The translations under genes were made by a program, and so were the position numbers. Below the pieces are notes generated by a model. The model searched no databases, was not told the origin of the DNA, and worked only from the letters and a program-made list of their open reading frames with translations. DNA of 61,658 nucleotides, counting the filler. It is 5 parts of 5 records of this genome, joined end to end, with 100 filler letters (N's around TTAATTAATTAA, not from the genome) between each part and the next. Parts side by side here need not be neighbours in the genome. Positions count along the whole stretch, not along the records: positions 1 to 13,358 come from SRR2962707_2543; 4 more parts are not named here. One strand, written 5' to 3'. Shown one piece after another: positions 1-10,097 of the stretch. The first letter of the stretch is position 1. Every line of letters begins with the position of its first letter.

Positions 1-1097
1 TCATCGATTTCGGCATGGGCAATCCGGACCAGCCGACTCCGCCGCACATCGTGGAAAAACTGGTGGAAACCGTGCAGCGCGGCGATACCCACCGTTATTC
101 CCAGTCCCGTGGTATTCCCCGTTTGCGCAAGGCGATCACCGATTGGTACCAGCGCCGCTACAGCGTGGAGCTGGACCCGGAATCCGAGGCTATCGTCACC
201 ATCGGCTCCAAGGAAGGGCTGTCGCATCTGGCGCTGGCCACCATGGGCCCCGGTGACACCGTGATGGTGCCCAATCCCAGTTATCCGATCCACCCCTATG
301 GCTTTGTCATCGCCAACGCCGATATCCGTCACGTGCCGCTGGTGCCGGGTGTGGACTTCTTCGAGGAACTGGTACGCGCGATCAAGGAAGCCTGGCCGAA
401 GCCGAAGATGCTGGTGCTGAATTTCCCCGGCAACCCCACCGGTCAGTGCGTGGATCTGGACTTCTTCGAGAAGGTGGTGGCGATCGCCCGGGAATACGGT
501 ATTTGGGTGGTGCACGATATCGCCTATGCCGATATCGTTTTCGATGGCTACGAGGCGCCGTCGATCCTGCAGGTGGAAGGCGCCCGCGACGTGGCGGTGG
601 AATTCTTCTCCCTGTCTAAGAGCTACAATATGCCGGGCTGGCGGGTCGGCTTCTGCTGCGGCAACAAGGAGCTGATTCACGCTCTGGCGCGCATCAAGTC
701 CTATCTGGATTACGGCACTTTCACGCCGATTCAGGTGGCCGCTATCGCCGCTCTGGAAGGCGATCAGAGCTGTGTCTCCGAAATTCGCGATCTGTACCTG
801 AAACGCCGTGACGTACTCTGCGACGGCCTCAACGACCTGGGCTGGACGGTGGAAAAGCCCCGCGCCACCATGTTCGTCTGGGCCCGGATTCCGGAACCTT
901 ACCGGGCGCTGGGGTCGCTGGAGTTCTCCAAAAAGCTGCTGTCGGAGGCCGGTGTGGCGGTCTCTCCGGGCGTTGGCTTCGGCGAATACGGCGATGACCA
1001 TGTGCGGTTCGCCCTGATTGAAAATGAGCAACGTACCCGTCAGGCGCTGCGAGGCATCAAGAAGATGTTCCGCGCCGATGGGCTGATCGCGGGCTGA
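1..1097 (+). CDS. alaC: Alanine transaminase AlaC-type class I/II PLP aminotransferase (5' truncated by window edge)
   Basis: Frame is open from the window start (IDFGMGNPD). It contains [19 protein letters not shown] and the PLP-lysine motif [14 protein letters not shown]. Its position before hom-thrC is a familiar arrangement. Confidence 0.85.
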   Translation, partial: IDFGMGNPDQPTPPHIVEKLVETVQRGDTHRYSQSRGIPRLRKAITDWYQRRYSVELDPESEAIVTIGSKEGLSHLALATMGPGDTVMVPNPSYPIHPYGFVIANADIRHVPLVPGVDFFEELVRAIKEAWPKPKMLVLNFPGNPTGQCVDLDFFEKVVAIAREYGIWVVHDIAYADIVFDGYEAPSILQVEGARDVAVEFFSLSKSYNMPGWRVGFCCGNKELIHALARIKSYLDYGTFTPIQVAAIAALEGDQSCVSEIRDLYLKRRDVLCDGLNDLGWTVEKPRATMFVWARIPEPYRALGSLEFSKKLLSEAGVAVSPGVGFGEYGDDHVRFALIENEQRTRQALRGIKKMFRADGLIAG

Positions 1098-1141
1098 CGC
1101 CGTTGGCCCCCATGCATTACATACACCCTGGAGAGGACCAA

Positions 1142-2443
1142 GTGAAGTCGATTAAGGTTGGGATCGCTGGCCTGGGCACGGTGGGCTCAGGCACCGTCAA
1201 TGTACTCAAGCGCAACGCGGGGGAAATTGCCCGGCGCGTGGGTCAGCCCATTGAGATCGCTCACATTGGTGCGCGGCGTGATAATCCCGCCTGCGATATT
1301 ACCGGTATCCGGGTGTCCCGGGATGTGTTCGACGTCGCCAACGACCCGGACGTGGACATCCTGGTGGAACTGATCGGCGGCACCGACGTCGCCCGCGAAC
1401 TGGTGCTCACCGCCATCGGTAACGGCAAACACATCGTCACCGCCAACAAGGCGCTGATCGCCGAGCACGGCAACGAGATCTTCCTCGCCGCCCAGGAACA
1501 CGGCGTGGACGTGGCTTTTGAAGCGGCGGTGGCCGGCGGTATCCCGATCCTGAAGGCGCTGGGCGAAGGTCTGGCCGCCAACCACATCAACTGGGTGGCG
1601 GGCATCATCAATGGCACCGGTAACTACATCCTCACCGAAATGGAGCAGGGCGCGCGCGGCTTCGATGAAGTGCTGGCGGAAGCCCAGGCACTCGGTTACG
1701 CGGAAGCCGACCCCACTTTCGATGTGGAAGGTGTGGACGCCGCCCACAAGCTCACCATTCTGGCCTCCATCGCCTTCGGTATCCCGCTGCAGTTCTCCAA
1801 GGTCTATATGGAGGGCATCAGCCGTATCACCATCGAGGACGTCAACAGCGCCGCCCAGTTCGGTTACCGCATCAAACACCTGGGGATCGCCAAGGACACC
1901 GGCAACGGTATTGAACTGCGCGTGCATCCCACGCTGATCCCGCAGGAAATCATGTTGGCGGCGGTGAACGGCGTGATGAACGCGGTGATGATCGATGGCG
2001 ACGCGGTCGGCCCCACCCTGTATTACGGCGCCGGCGCCGGCGCCGAGCCCACCGCCTCGGCGGTGGTGGCGGATATCATCGAGCTGGGCCGTGAACTGAC
2101 CGTGGATCACCACGAACGGGTGCCTTATCTGGGCTTCCACACCGACCAGATGTCCGACGAGCCGGTGTTGACCATCGAGGATATCTCCTGTGGTTACTAC
2201 CTGCGTTTGCATGTCCAGGACAAGGCGGGCGTGCTGGCGGATGTGACCCGCATTCTCAGCGATAATCGCATCAGCATCGAGGCCATGGTGCAGAAGGAAG
2301 TGGACGAAGGGCTGGTGCCCATCGTCATCCTGACCCACCGGGTGCGCGAGGGTGACATGAACGAAGCGCTCAAGCGAATCGCTGCCCTGGACACCGTGGA
2401 TAACGATATAATGCGTATTCGCGTGGAAACGCTGGACGCTTGA
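1142..2443 (+). CDS. hom: Homoserine dehydrogenase with C-terminal ACT domain
   Basis: GLGTVG Rossmann motif, TANKA, FEAAVAGGIP, GYAEADPTFDVEG, ACT domain DKAGVLA. GTG start at 1142 follows GGAGAGGA. Confidence 0.95.
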   Translation: MKSIKVGIAGLGTVGSGTVNVLKRNAGEIARRVGQPIEIAHIGARRDNPACDITGIRVSRDVFDVANDPDVDILVELIGGTDVARELVLTAIGNGKHIVTANKALIAEHGNEIFLAAQEHGVDVAFEAAVAGGIPILKALGEGLAANHINWVAGIINGTGNYILTEMEQGARGFDEVLAEAQALGYAEADPTFDVEGVDAAHKLTILASIAFGIPLQFSKVYMEGISRITIEDVNSAAQFGYRIKHLGIAKDTGNGIELRVHPTLIPQEIMLAAVNGVMNAVMIDGDAVGPTLYYGAGAGAEPTASAVVADIIELGRELTVDHHERVPYLGFHTDQMSDEPVLTIEDISCGYYLRLHVQDKAGVLADVTRILSDNRISIEAMVQKEVDEGLVPIVILTHRVREGDMNEALKRIAALDTVDNDIMRIRVETLDA

Positions 2444-2511
2444 AAAGACGACACGATTAATACCCGTGGGGCCCGTATCCGGGCCTCCACACCAGAAGCA
2501 GAGACAATGCC

Positions 2512-3606
2512 ATGCCATTCCGTGACCGCTACACAGGCCTGATCAACCGTTACCGCGACCACCTGCCGGTGAACGACGACACGCCGATCATCAGCCTGGG
2601 CGAAGGCAACACCCCGCTGATCCGGCTCAAGAATATTCCGCGCCTGCTCGGCAAGGACGTGGATATCTACGTCAAGTACGAGGGCCTGAACCCCACCGGA
2701 TCCTTCAAGGATCGCGGCATGACCATGGCGGTGACCAAGGCGGTGGAAGAGGGCAGCAATGCCATCATCTGTGCCTCCACCGGCAATACCTCGGCGGCGG
2801 CGGCGGCCTACGCGGCCCGGGCCGGCATCTCTGCGTTCGTGTTGATCCCGGAAGGCAAGATCGCCATGGGCAAGCTGGCCCAGGCGATGATGTACGGTGC
2901 CATGATCATGCAGATCCGCGGCAACTTCGACCAGGGCATGGAACTGGTCAAGCAGGTGGCCGAGAAAGCGCCGGTCACCATCGTCAACTCGGTGAACCCG
3001 TTCCGTCTGCAGGGGCAGAAAACCGCGGCTTTCGAGATCGTCGAGGAACTGGGCCGGGCCCCGGATTACCACTGCCTGCCGGTGGGCAACGCGGGCAATA
3101 TTTCCGCCTACTGGATGGGCTACAGCGAATACCACAAAGCCGGTATCGCCGGCAGCGTGCCGCGCATGGTCGGCTACCAGGCGGCGGGCGCGGCGCCGTT
3201 CCTGCGGGGCGCGGCGGTGGAGAACCCGGAAACCGTGGCCACCGCCATCCGTATCGGTAACCCGCAGTCCTGGGACAAAGCCTGGACCGCGCAGAAGGAT
3301 TCCGAAGGCTGGTTCGATGAACTGACCGATGAGGAAATCCTGGCCGCGCAAAAACTGCTGGCGCAAAAAGAAGGGGTGTTCTGCGAACCGGCTTCCGCCG
3401 CTTCCATTGGTGGCGCCATGCGTGACATCAAGGCTGGCAAGATCGCCGAAGGCAGCACCATTGTCTGCACCCTGACGGGTAACGGACTCAAGGATCCGGA
3501 TACCGCCATCGCGCAATGTCAGCAGGAACTGTCTTCCGGCGCCCGTATGGTGACCATCGATGCCGAGCTGGACGCGGTGAAGAAAGCTATTCTGGACAAT
3601 CTGTAA
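2512..3606 (+). CDS. thrC: Threonine synthase
   Basis: [13 protein letters not shown] lysine, ASTGNTS, PVGNAGN, EPASAAS, TGNGLKD; directly follows hom. Confidence 0.95.
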   Translation: MPFRDRYTGLINRYRDHLPVNDDTPIISLGEGNTPLIRLKNIPRLLGKDVDIYVKYEGLNPTGSFKDRGMTMAVTKAVEEGSNAIICASTGNTSAAAAAYAARAGISAFVLIPEGKIAMGKLAQAMMYGAMIMQIRGNFDQGMELVKQVAEKAPVTIVNSVNPFRLQGQKTAAFEIVEELGRAPDYHCLPVGNAGNISAYWMGYSEYHKAGIAGSVPRMVGYQAAGAAPFLRGAAVENPETVATAIRIGNPQSWDKAWTAQKDSEGWFDELTDEEILAAQKLLAQKEGVFCEPASAASIGGAMRDIKAGKIAEGSTIVCTLTGNGLKDPDTAIAQCQQELSSGARMVTIDAELDAVKKAILDNL

Positions 3607-3616
3607 TCCTCAATTG

Positions 3617-3650
3617 AAGCGGCCACGACACCATTCGTGGCCGCTTTTTC
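3617..3650 (+). terminator. Rho-independent terminator after thrC
   Basis: AAGCGGCCACGA-cacca-TTCGTGGCCGCTT hairpin followed by a T tract. Confidence 0.8.
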
Positions 3651-3866
3651 TTGTTCTTACCGGGCGGTTTTCGCGGCCCGGTAAAACACTCCTGACGTGA
3701 CCCCACCTGTTTGGTTGTGATACACCCTTAGGGTGAGCGCGTCCTGTTCGCCGTTTCCATGCCGACACCGAGCGAGGCGACGGGCACGTCATAATCCGAA
3801 AAAGCGGGCAGCAAGGAACGAAACCTTACTTCAATGAAAAGTTCTGACTCGACTGGGGAGAAGCCG

Positions 3867-5003
3867 ATGGCAGACAATAAGCGGGCTCTACCGGCCCTGG
3901 CGCTGGGCGCCGTATCCTCTTTGTTTCTGGTACAAAATGCGCAGGCGGGTGCTGAGCTCAGCGCCGGCGTCTGGTGGGTGTACCAGTACGTGGATAAATC
4001 CGATTTTGGCGGTCCCAATTCCGCCTTCGACGCGGACCTGGACCGGGAAACCGGCGGTAATTTCGCCGACCCGGCGTTCATTCTCTACGCCGATGACGAC
4101 GGTGGTTACGGCCCCTGGCGTTTCAGCGCCGAAGCCCGTATCGGCAGAGGCTCCTTCACCGACGTCAACAACAACAGCAGTGGCGATACTTTCGCCATGC
4201 ACAAAGCCTGGATTGGTTATGAGTTCAACGACCATACCTTGCTCAAAGTCGGTAAGAGCCAGGTGCCGTTCGGCTGGAAAACGGTGAACTTCTGGCCTGG
4301 AGACGGTCTTCAGGGCGGTTACGGCGATCAGATGGATGTTGGTTTCAAACTCAGCGGCGACGCCGGTGACTTCCACTATGACGCCGCCTATTACCACCAG
4401 GACGACTGGGGCGAGGACAGCACCGACACTCTGGATGACAACGGGCACTGGGGTACCAGCGACAGTTACCGCAAGCTGAAAACCGGCGTGCTGAATCTGG
4501 ACTGGCGCTTCCAGGAAGGCCATACCGTGGGTGCCTCGGTGCAATATGGGCGGATGCAGGACCTCACCGCGGACACCGCTTCCGGGCGCAAGGCCGACGG
4601 CGAGCACGTGGCCTATGATCTGCACTACCTGTACCAGCGTGGGCCCTGGAGCTTCAAATACCGCTTTGTCGACGCCCGCCGAGACTTTGGTGGTCTCGAT
4701 GCCTTCCTGGCCTCCGACGCCGCGCCCGCGGATGAGGAAGTGAAAACCCAGCGGCACGTGGCCGAGGTGATGTATCAGAACCGCAACTGGGCATATTACC
4801 TGGACGGCGGCGTGGCCAGCACAGATACACGTAACAATGATGCCGGCGATGTACAGTTTTACGCTCCGGGTATTCGCTACAAGTACGGCCCCGGCTGGCT
4901 CTATCTGGAATACCTGTGGTCCGACGGCGACATCGACGCCAACGGTGATGTCTACGAAGGTAATTTCAACGCCGTTTATGTGGCGTTCGATTTTTACTTC
5001 TAA
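3867..5003 (+). CDS. Outer-membrane beta-barrel porin-like protein
   Basis: Signal peptide ending AQA, alternating aromatic beta-strands, VGKSQVPFG porin motif, C-terminal YVAFDFYF. ATG 3867 follows GGGGAG. Confidence 0.75.
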   Translation: MADNKRALPALALGAVSSLFLVQNAQAGAELSAGVWWVYQYVDKSDFGGPNSAFDADLDRETGGNFADPAFILYADDDGGYGPWRFSAEARIGRGSFTDVNNNSSGDTFAMHKAWIGYEFNDHTLLKVGKSQVPFGWKTVNFWPGDGLQGGYGDQMDVGFKLSGDAGDFHYDAAYYHQDDWGEDSTDTLDDNGHWGTSDSYRKLKTGVLNLDWRFQEGHTVGASVQYGRMQDLTADTASGRKADGEHVAYDLHYLYQRGPWSFKYRFVDARRDFGGLDAFLASDAAPADEEVKTQRHVAEVMYQNRNWAYYLDGGVASTDTRNNDAGDVQFYAPGIRYKYGPGWLYLEYLWSDGDIDANGDVYEGNFNAVYVAFDFYF

Positions 5004-5028
5004 GCAAGCTCCTACAGCGGCTTCGTAG
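5004..5028 (-). repeat. Partial GTAG-type REP copy
   Basis: Reverse complement CTACGAAGCCGCTGTAGGAGCTTGC matches the arms at 7212-7294, 13330-13349 and 44118-44200. Confidence 0.7.
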
Positions 5029-5056
5029 TCCTGTCTGTGGCGGATTCCGATAACAG

Positions 5057-6292
5057 TCAGGCCGTATGCCGGTTGATCGCCATCTGCAACTTCAGCAGGG
5101 CCGGGAAATGCCGGCCCAGCGCGGCCTTGCCGGTGGTCAGCAGGGCGCCGGAAAGATCCCGGTCCCGATCCGCCCAGCAGTAAATGCTGATGAAACCCAA
5201 ATGGCCGAAGGCGTTGCTGGTGCCCGGCCCGTACAGGCTCAGGGCACGGGCGCCGAGCATGAAACCCGGCGAGAACGCCAGCGGTACCATCAAGGTACGA
5301 TCCAGGCGGCCTCCCTTGGTGGCGGCCCGGCCCGTGGCGAAGCGCACGGTTTCCGGACGGAATAACTGCTGGTCCTGATAGCGGCCATCGTCCAGCAGCA
5401 TCTGGAAGAAGCGGCAGGCCTCCTCGGCGGTGGCGTACAGGTTGCCGGCGGGGATGGTGGCGTCGAGAAAACGGGGATCGTTGGAGAGGCCCACCACTTC
5501 CTCCAGCGGTGCGCCCACGGCGTGAGTGAGAAAGGCGTTTACCGGCGGCAATTGCAGTCCGGTGACGGCGTTTTCCGCCGGTGCCACCGCCGGCTCCCGC
5601 AGACCATAGGTGAAATAACGCATCCCCATCGGCCGCCGGATCACCCGGTCCAGCAGGGCATCGATGCTCTCCCCGGTGACACGCCGGATGACCTCGCCAA
5701 GCACGAAGCCGGCGGTGATCGCGTGATAAGCCTGCTGACGCCCGGGGTTTTCCGGCTTGGCACGGCACAGCAAGGTCATGATCCGCTCATAGTCGAACAG
5801 GTCCTCCGCCGCCACCGGCTCGTGGATGCGCGGCACCCCGGCACGATGGGTCAGCACGTGCATCAGGGTGGTCCGGTGCTTGCCCATGGCCCCGTATTCG
5901 GGGATGTAATGGCACACTGGCCGGTCCAGATCCAGTTCCCCCCGTTCCGCCAGATGATGCACCAGCATGGCGGTGACCGCCTTGGAGGCGGAAAACAGGC
6001 AAATCGGAGTGTCGGTGGTGAGCAGGCGCTGTTGGCCGGCATCGGCGTAGCCGAGGGTGCGATCCAGAAAAACCTGTCCACGACGGCGCAGGCAAAGGGC
6101 GATGGCGGGGTTCATGCCGGTGCGGTAGAGCCCGCGGACGTGGCGCCAGATGGTGGCAACCTGTTGCGGACGCAGCCCGGCCTCGGCGGCGGCGCACTCG
6201 TCGCCCTGGTCGGTGACCGGCGTCAGATGACGGGGAACGGTGACGGCGCTGGCATTGAAACCGGCGGGAAGGGAAAGGCTGGTCATGGTCAT
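5057..6292 (-). CDS. Serine hydrolase, beta-lactamase/LipE-like esterase family
   Basis: SxxK motif (FSASK), LTHRAG, YHAITAG tyrosine, FGHLG. Confidence 0.85.
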   Translation of the reverse strand: MTMTSLSLPAGFNASAVTVPRHLTPVTDQGDECAAAEAGLRPQQVATIWRHVRGLYRTGMNPAIALCLRRRGQVFLDRTLGYADAGQQRLLTTDTPICLFSASKAVTAMLVHHLAERGELDLDRPVCHYIPEYGAMGKHRTTLMHVLTHRAGVPRIHEPVAAEDLFDYERIMTLLCRAKPENPGRQQAYHAITAGFVLGEVIRRVTGESIDALLDRVIRRPMGMRYFTYGLREPAVAPAENAVTGLQLPPVNAFLTHAVGAPLEEVVGLSNDPRFLDATIPAGNLYATAEEACRFFQMLLDDGRYQDQQLFRPETVRFATGRAATKGGRLDRTLMVPLAFSPGFMLGARALSLYGPGTSNAFGHLGFISIYCWADRDRDLSGALLTTGKAALGRHFPALLKLQMAINRHTA

Positions 6293-6442
6293 TGATCCAT
6301 CTCGCGGATGGCCCGATCAGGGCTGTTGTTTGTGCCCGGGTATGGTGGACAATGGCGGTACCAGATGGCTTGGCGCCGCTGCCCTGGGCCGATGACCCCA
6401 GGGCCACCAGCGGTGTCGGGCGCAACGGAACAGGTGGACGTT

Positions 6443-6760
6443 ATGACGACGGTAAAGCAATCTGATTTCCAGAGCTTCGCGGAGTTCTACCCCTACTATT
6501 TGCAGGAGCACACCAACCCGACCTGCCGGCGCCTGCATTTCATCGGTACGCTGTGTCTGTTCGCGGTGTTGTTCGGTGTTCTGATTTCCGGTAACTGGTG
6601 GGGGTTGTTGCTGTTGCCGGTGGTCGGTTACGGCTTTGCCTGGGTGGGGCATTTCTTCTTCGAGAAGAATCGGCCCGCCACCTTCAAGCATCCGTGGTAC
6701 AGCCTGGCCGGTGATTTTGTCATGTTCAAGGATATCCTGACCGGGCGTATTCGCTGGTGA
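6443..6760 (+). CDS. DUF962 / Mpo1-like small membrane protein
   Basis: FYPYYLQEHTNPTCRRLHFIG and WVGHFFFEKNRPATF signatures. ATG 6443 is the probable start. Confidence 0.85.
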   Translation: MTTVKQSDFQSFAEFYPYYLQEHTNPTCRRLHFIGTLCLFAVLFGVLISGNWWGLLLLPVVGYGFAWVGHFFFEKNRPATFKHPWYSLAGDFVMFKDILTGRIRW

Positions 6761-7197
6761 GTGAACGGCAACGGGTACGGCTTTTTCAGCCCGGTGCCGC
6801 CGGGCATCGCTCCAAGTCCGGGCGGCCCGATCTGGATAGTCCGGAACAAATTGATCGCATGGTCTCGCTGTTCTATCAGCGGATTCTCGAGGATCCGTTG
6901 TTGGCGCCGGTTTTTCTCGAGGTGGCGCGCATCGATCTCGATGAGCACCTGCCGCTGATCGCTGCTTTCTGGAAGAAACTGTTGCTTGGCGATGACCGTT
7001 ATAATCGGCATATGATGGCCAAACACCGGGCGGTGGACGACAAGATGCCGCTCACCGGCGCCCATCATGAGCGCTGGCTGGGGTTGTTCATGGCCAATCT
7101 GGACCAGCACTTCGAAGGGCCCCATACCGACCGTGCAAGGCAACTGGCCGCGCGCATCATCGACAATCTCTACGAGCAGCTGTCACAGCGCCGTTGA
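6757..7197 (+). CDS. Group III (P-type) truncated hemoglobin
   Basis: FYQRILEDPLLAPVF, EHLPLIAAFW, MAKH, HHERWLGLF pattern. The GTG start overlaps the DUF962 stop (GTGA). Confidence 0.8.
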   Translation: MSERQRVRLFQPGAAGHRSKSGRPDLDSPEQIDRMVSLFYQRILEDPLLAPVFLEVARIDLDEHLPLIAAFWKKLLLGDDRYNRHMMAKHRAVDDKMPLTGAHHERWLGLFMANLDQHFEGPHTDRARQLAARIIDNLYEQLSQRR

Positions 7198-7211
7198 GAG
7201 GCTTACACACA

Positions 7212-7294
7212 CCGCTGTAGGAGCTTGCCCCGCAAGCGAATCTTTTCCCCGAGAGTCTGTTCGCTTGCAGGGCAAGCTACGACAGCGGCTTCGT
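7212..7294. repeat. REP doublet (REPIN-like) between convergent genes
   Basis: CCGCTGTAGGAGCTTGCCCCGCAAGCGAA ... TTCGCTTGCAGGGCAAGCTACGACAGCGG: inverted arms, with a GTAG followed by an internal palindrome. Confidence 0.8.
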
Positions 7295-7322
7295 GGCAAT
7301 CCTTGAATTCAGGTCTCCGCCG

Positions 7323-8522
7323 CTATCCCAGCACGCCCTCGTTCCGCAGCGCCTGGAACTCCGCCTCGGACAACCCCAGATCCTCACGTAATACCGCTTC
7401 TGTGTGAGTGCCGGCCTCACCGCCGGGCCAACGGGTGCCGCCGGGGGTGCCGGCAAGGCGTGGCGTGAGGGCGGGGATACGCAGCGGTTTACCGTTGATT
7501 TCCACCTGTTGGAACAAGCCGCGTGCCTGGAAGTGCGGGTCGGCCATCATGTCGGCGGCGCTGTAAATCGGACCGCAAGGCACCCGGGCTTCCTCCAGCC
7601 GTGCCAGTACCCGGGGACTGTCCTGGCCGGCACACCAATCGCCAATAATGGCGTCCAGCTCCGCTTCGTGCTCCACCCGTCCCGGGTTGTGAGCCAGGCG
7701 CGGATCATCGGCCAGATCTTCACGGCCCATGGCCTGCATCAGCCGTTTGAAGATGGAATCGCCATTGCCGCCGATAATGACGTACTTGCCATCGCCACAG
7801 CGGTAGGTATTGGTGGGGACAATGCCGGTGACGGTGGAGCCGGACGGTTCGCGGACCAGGCCGGCGCCATCGAATTCCGGGATCACCGCTTCCAGCAGAT
7901 TGAACACCGACTCGTACAGGGCCACATCCACCACCTGGCCCTGTTGGCTGCCGTGCCGTTCCAGCAAGGCCAGGGCGATGCCAAGGGCCGCGTGCAGGCC
8001 GGCGATGGTGTCGCCCAGGGACAGATTGGGCCGCACCGGGCGTTCGCCGGGAAAGCCGTTGACGTAGCGCAGCCCGCCGACCCCTTCGCACACTGAAGCG
8101 TAGCCGGGCTTGTCGGCGTAGGGCCCGTCCTGGCCATAGCCGGAAATTCGCGCGTACACCAGGCCGGGATTGCTTTGCTGGAAACGCTCCGGGCCCAGCC
8201 CCCAGGATTCCAGGGTGCCGGGGCGGAAATTCTCGATCAGCACATCGGCGCGGTCGATCAGCTGCCCGGCCAGTTGGCGGCCGCGGTCGGTCTTCAGATC
8301 CAGAGTGACCGAGCGCTTGTTGCGGCCCAGGCTGCGCCACCAGAACGAGGTGCCGGTGTCATCCAGGGATCGCCAGCGACGGATCGGGTCGCCGCCGGGA
8401 GGCTCCACCTTGATCACGTCAGCGCCAAAATAGGCGAGCAGCGTGCCGGCAAAAGGGCCGGCCAGCAATTGGCCCAGTTCCACCACGCGGATACCGGCCA
8501 GGGGCAGGGAACGTTCGCTCAT
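7323..8522 (-). CDS. Class III CoA-transferase (CaiB/BaiF family)
   Basis: PLAGIRVVELG, AGPFAG, GADVIKVEPPGGDPIR, RNKRSVTLDLK, ENFRPG, catalytic Asp in LGDTIAG. Confidence 0.92.
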   Translation of the reverse strand: MSERSLPLAGIRVVELGQLLAGPFAGTLLAYFGADVIKVEPPGGDPIRRWRSLDDTGTSFWWRSLGRNKRSVTLDLKTDRGRQLAGQLIDRADVLIENFRPGTLESWGLGPERFQQSNPGLVYARISGYGQDGPYADKPGYASVCEGVGGLRYVNGFPGERPVRPNLSLGDTIAGLHAALGIALALLERHGSQQGQVVDVALYESVFNLLEAVIPEFDGAGLVREPSGSTVTGIVPTNTYRCGDGKYVIIGGNGDSIFKRLMQAMGREDLADDPRLAHNPGRVEHEAELDAIIGDWCAGQDSPRVLARLEEARVPCGPIYSAADMMADPHFQARGLFQQVEINGKPLRIPALTPRLAGTPGGTRWPGGEAGTHTEAVLREDLGLSEAEFQALRNEGVLG

Positions 8523-8619
8523 CGGGTCTTCCTTCGTTATCTGAGCGCATTGTGCCCGACGGAACGGGCACAGGCGAACCCCGTGCTACAATCGCGCTTC
8601 GCCAACAACAGGAGTCCCC

Positions 8620-9324
8620 ATGACCCCGGAACGCTATCGCCGGTTGCTGGATACATTGGATCGCCGCCAGCCGGATCTCACCGTGATCATGGAAGGGGTG
8701 CACAAACCCCATAATATCGCCGCCGTGGTGCGCACCTGCGACGCCGTCGGCATTCTCGACGTGCACGCCGTGCTGCCGGAAAATCGCGCCAAAGTAGCGG
8801 CGGGCACCGCCATGGGGTCGCAGCGCTGGATCAATCTGCACAAGCATAACGACGGGGTGGCCGCCATCGAACAGGTGCGCGCCCAGGGCATGCAGGTGCT
8901 GGCCGCCCACTTTTCCGATACCGCGCTGCCATACCGCGAAGTGGATTTCACCAAGCCCACGGCGTTATTGCTGGGCACCGAGCGCTTCGGTGTCAGCGAA
9001 GCCGCCGGCGCCGCCGTGGACGGCCATGTGATCGTGCCGATGATGGGCATGGTGGCGTCGTTCAATGTCAGCGTGGCGGCGGCGATTATCCTGTCCGAAG
9101 CCTGCGAACAGCGGCGCGCGGCAGGATTCTACGATCGCCCCCGGCTGGACCCGGAAACCTACCGGCATACGTTGTTCCGCTGGGCGCACCCAAAACTGGC
9201 GGGCTATTGTGATCGCTATGGCCTGCCTTATCCGGAATTGAATGACAGCGGCGAAGTACGTCATGCCACGCGATTCAACGCGGAACTGGCCGCCGCCAAG
9301 GCGCGGCAGGAAGCGGTGTCGTGA
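8620..9324 (+). CDS. trmH: tRNA (guanosine-18 2'-O)-methyltransferase, SpoU family
   Basis: RRQPDLTV, HKPHNIAAVVRTCDAVG, GTERFG, IVPMMGMVASFNVSVA. Confidence 0.92.
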   Translation: MTPERYRRLLDTLDRRQPDLTVIMEGVHKPHNIAAVVRTCDAVGILDVHAVLPENRAKVAAGTAMGSQRWINLHKHNDGVAAIEQVRAQGMQVLAAHFSDTALPYREVDFTKPTALLLGTERFGVSEAAGAAVDGHVIVPMMGMVASFNVSVAAAIILSEACEQRRAAGFYDRPRLDPETYRHTLFRWAHPKLAGYCDRYGLPYPELNDSGEVRHATRFNAELAAAKARQEAVS

Positions 9325-9998
9325 GCGTATCAGCGCCACTGGCGCTGCAGGCCCGCCTCAATGCCCTGCTGCCGGAAATCCAACTGTGTGCCACGCCGCT
9401 GCCGCTGGTACCGGAGCTGTCCTTATGGCTGCTGGACCGGCTGCTGGCGGACCAGCGTCTGGAGCAGGAGGTGGCCAATGCCTTGATGGAAGCGCCGCCA
9501 TACTGGTCATTATGTTGGGCCTCGGGGCAGGTGTTGGCACGTCACCTGCTGACCCACCCGGAGTGGGTGAAGGGCCGCTGTGTGGTGGACGTGGGGCCCG
9601 GCTCCGGTGTGGTGGCGGTGGCCGCCGCCCGGGCCGGTGCCCGTCGGGTCATTGCCTGCGACCTGGACCCGGACGCGCTGGCCGCCAGCGAAGCCAACGC
9701 CGCCCTCAACGGGGTCAGTGTGGAATTGAGCGACGATCTGGAGGCCTGTCTGGCTGTGGCCGATCGCGTTACCGCCGCCGATATTCTCTACGACCGGGAT
9801 AACCTGCCCCTGCTGGACCGCTTTCGCCAGGCCGGCGCGCCGGTGTTGCTGGCGGATTCCCGTATCGCCGGACTGAATCCGCCGGGGTATCGTCTGCTGG
9901 GACATTGGCATGCGACCACCTGGCCGGATCTGGGGGAAGCCAATGAGTTCAACCAGGTACGGCTGTTTTTATCGGACCCCCATTTGTTGGAACCCTGA
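9321..9998 (+). CDS. Class I SAM-dependent methyltransferase (protein/nicotinamide N-methylase-like)
   Basis: PPYWSLCWASG, VVDVGPGSG, AADILYD motifs; overlaps the trmH stop. Confidence 0.8.
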   Translation: MSVSAPLALQARLNALLPEIQLCATPLPLVPELSLWLLDRLLADQRLEQEVANALMEAPPYWSLCWASGQVLARHLLTHPEWVKGRCVVDVGPGSGVVAVAAARAGARRVIACDLDPDALAASEANAALNGVSVELSDDLEACLAVADRVTAADILYDRDNLPLLDRFRQAGAPVLLADSRIAGLNPPGYRLLGHWHATTWPDLGEANEFNQVRLFLSDPHLLEP

Positions 9999-10097
9999 AG
10001 GCCGGGCGAGGGTCGAAGGTTCACGATCCGCTAACCTGGCTGTCGTGTTGATGGCCAGTTCAAGCCCGATTAAGTTAGTGCCCAGGTACAGGAGGAT

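Noticed and set aside
1187-3516. Long antisense ORFs (443 and 439 aa) opposite hom and thrC; similar ones at 3888-5768, 9969-11537, 33816-35459 and 51225-52463
   Set aside because: These are shadow frames caused by high-GC codon bias opposite well-supported genes, and they have no recognisable motifs.
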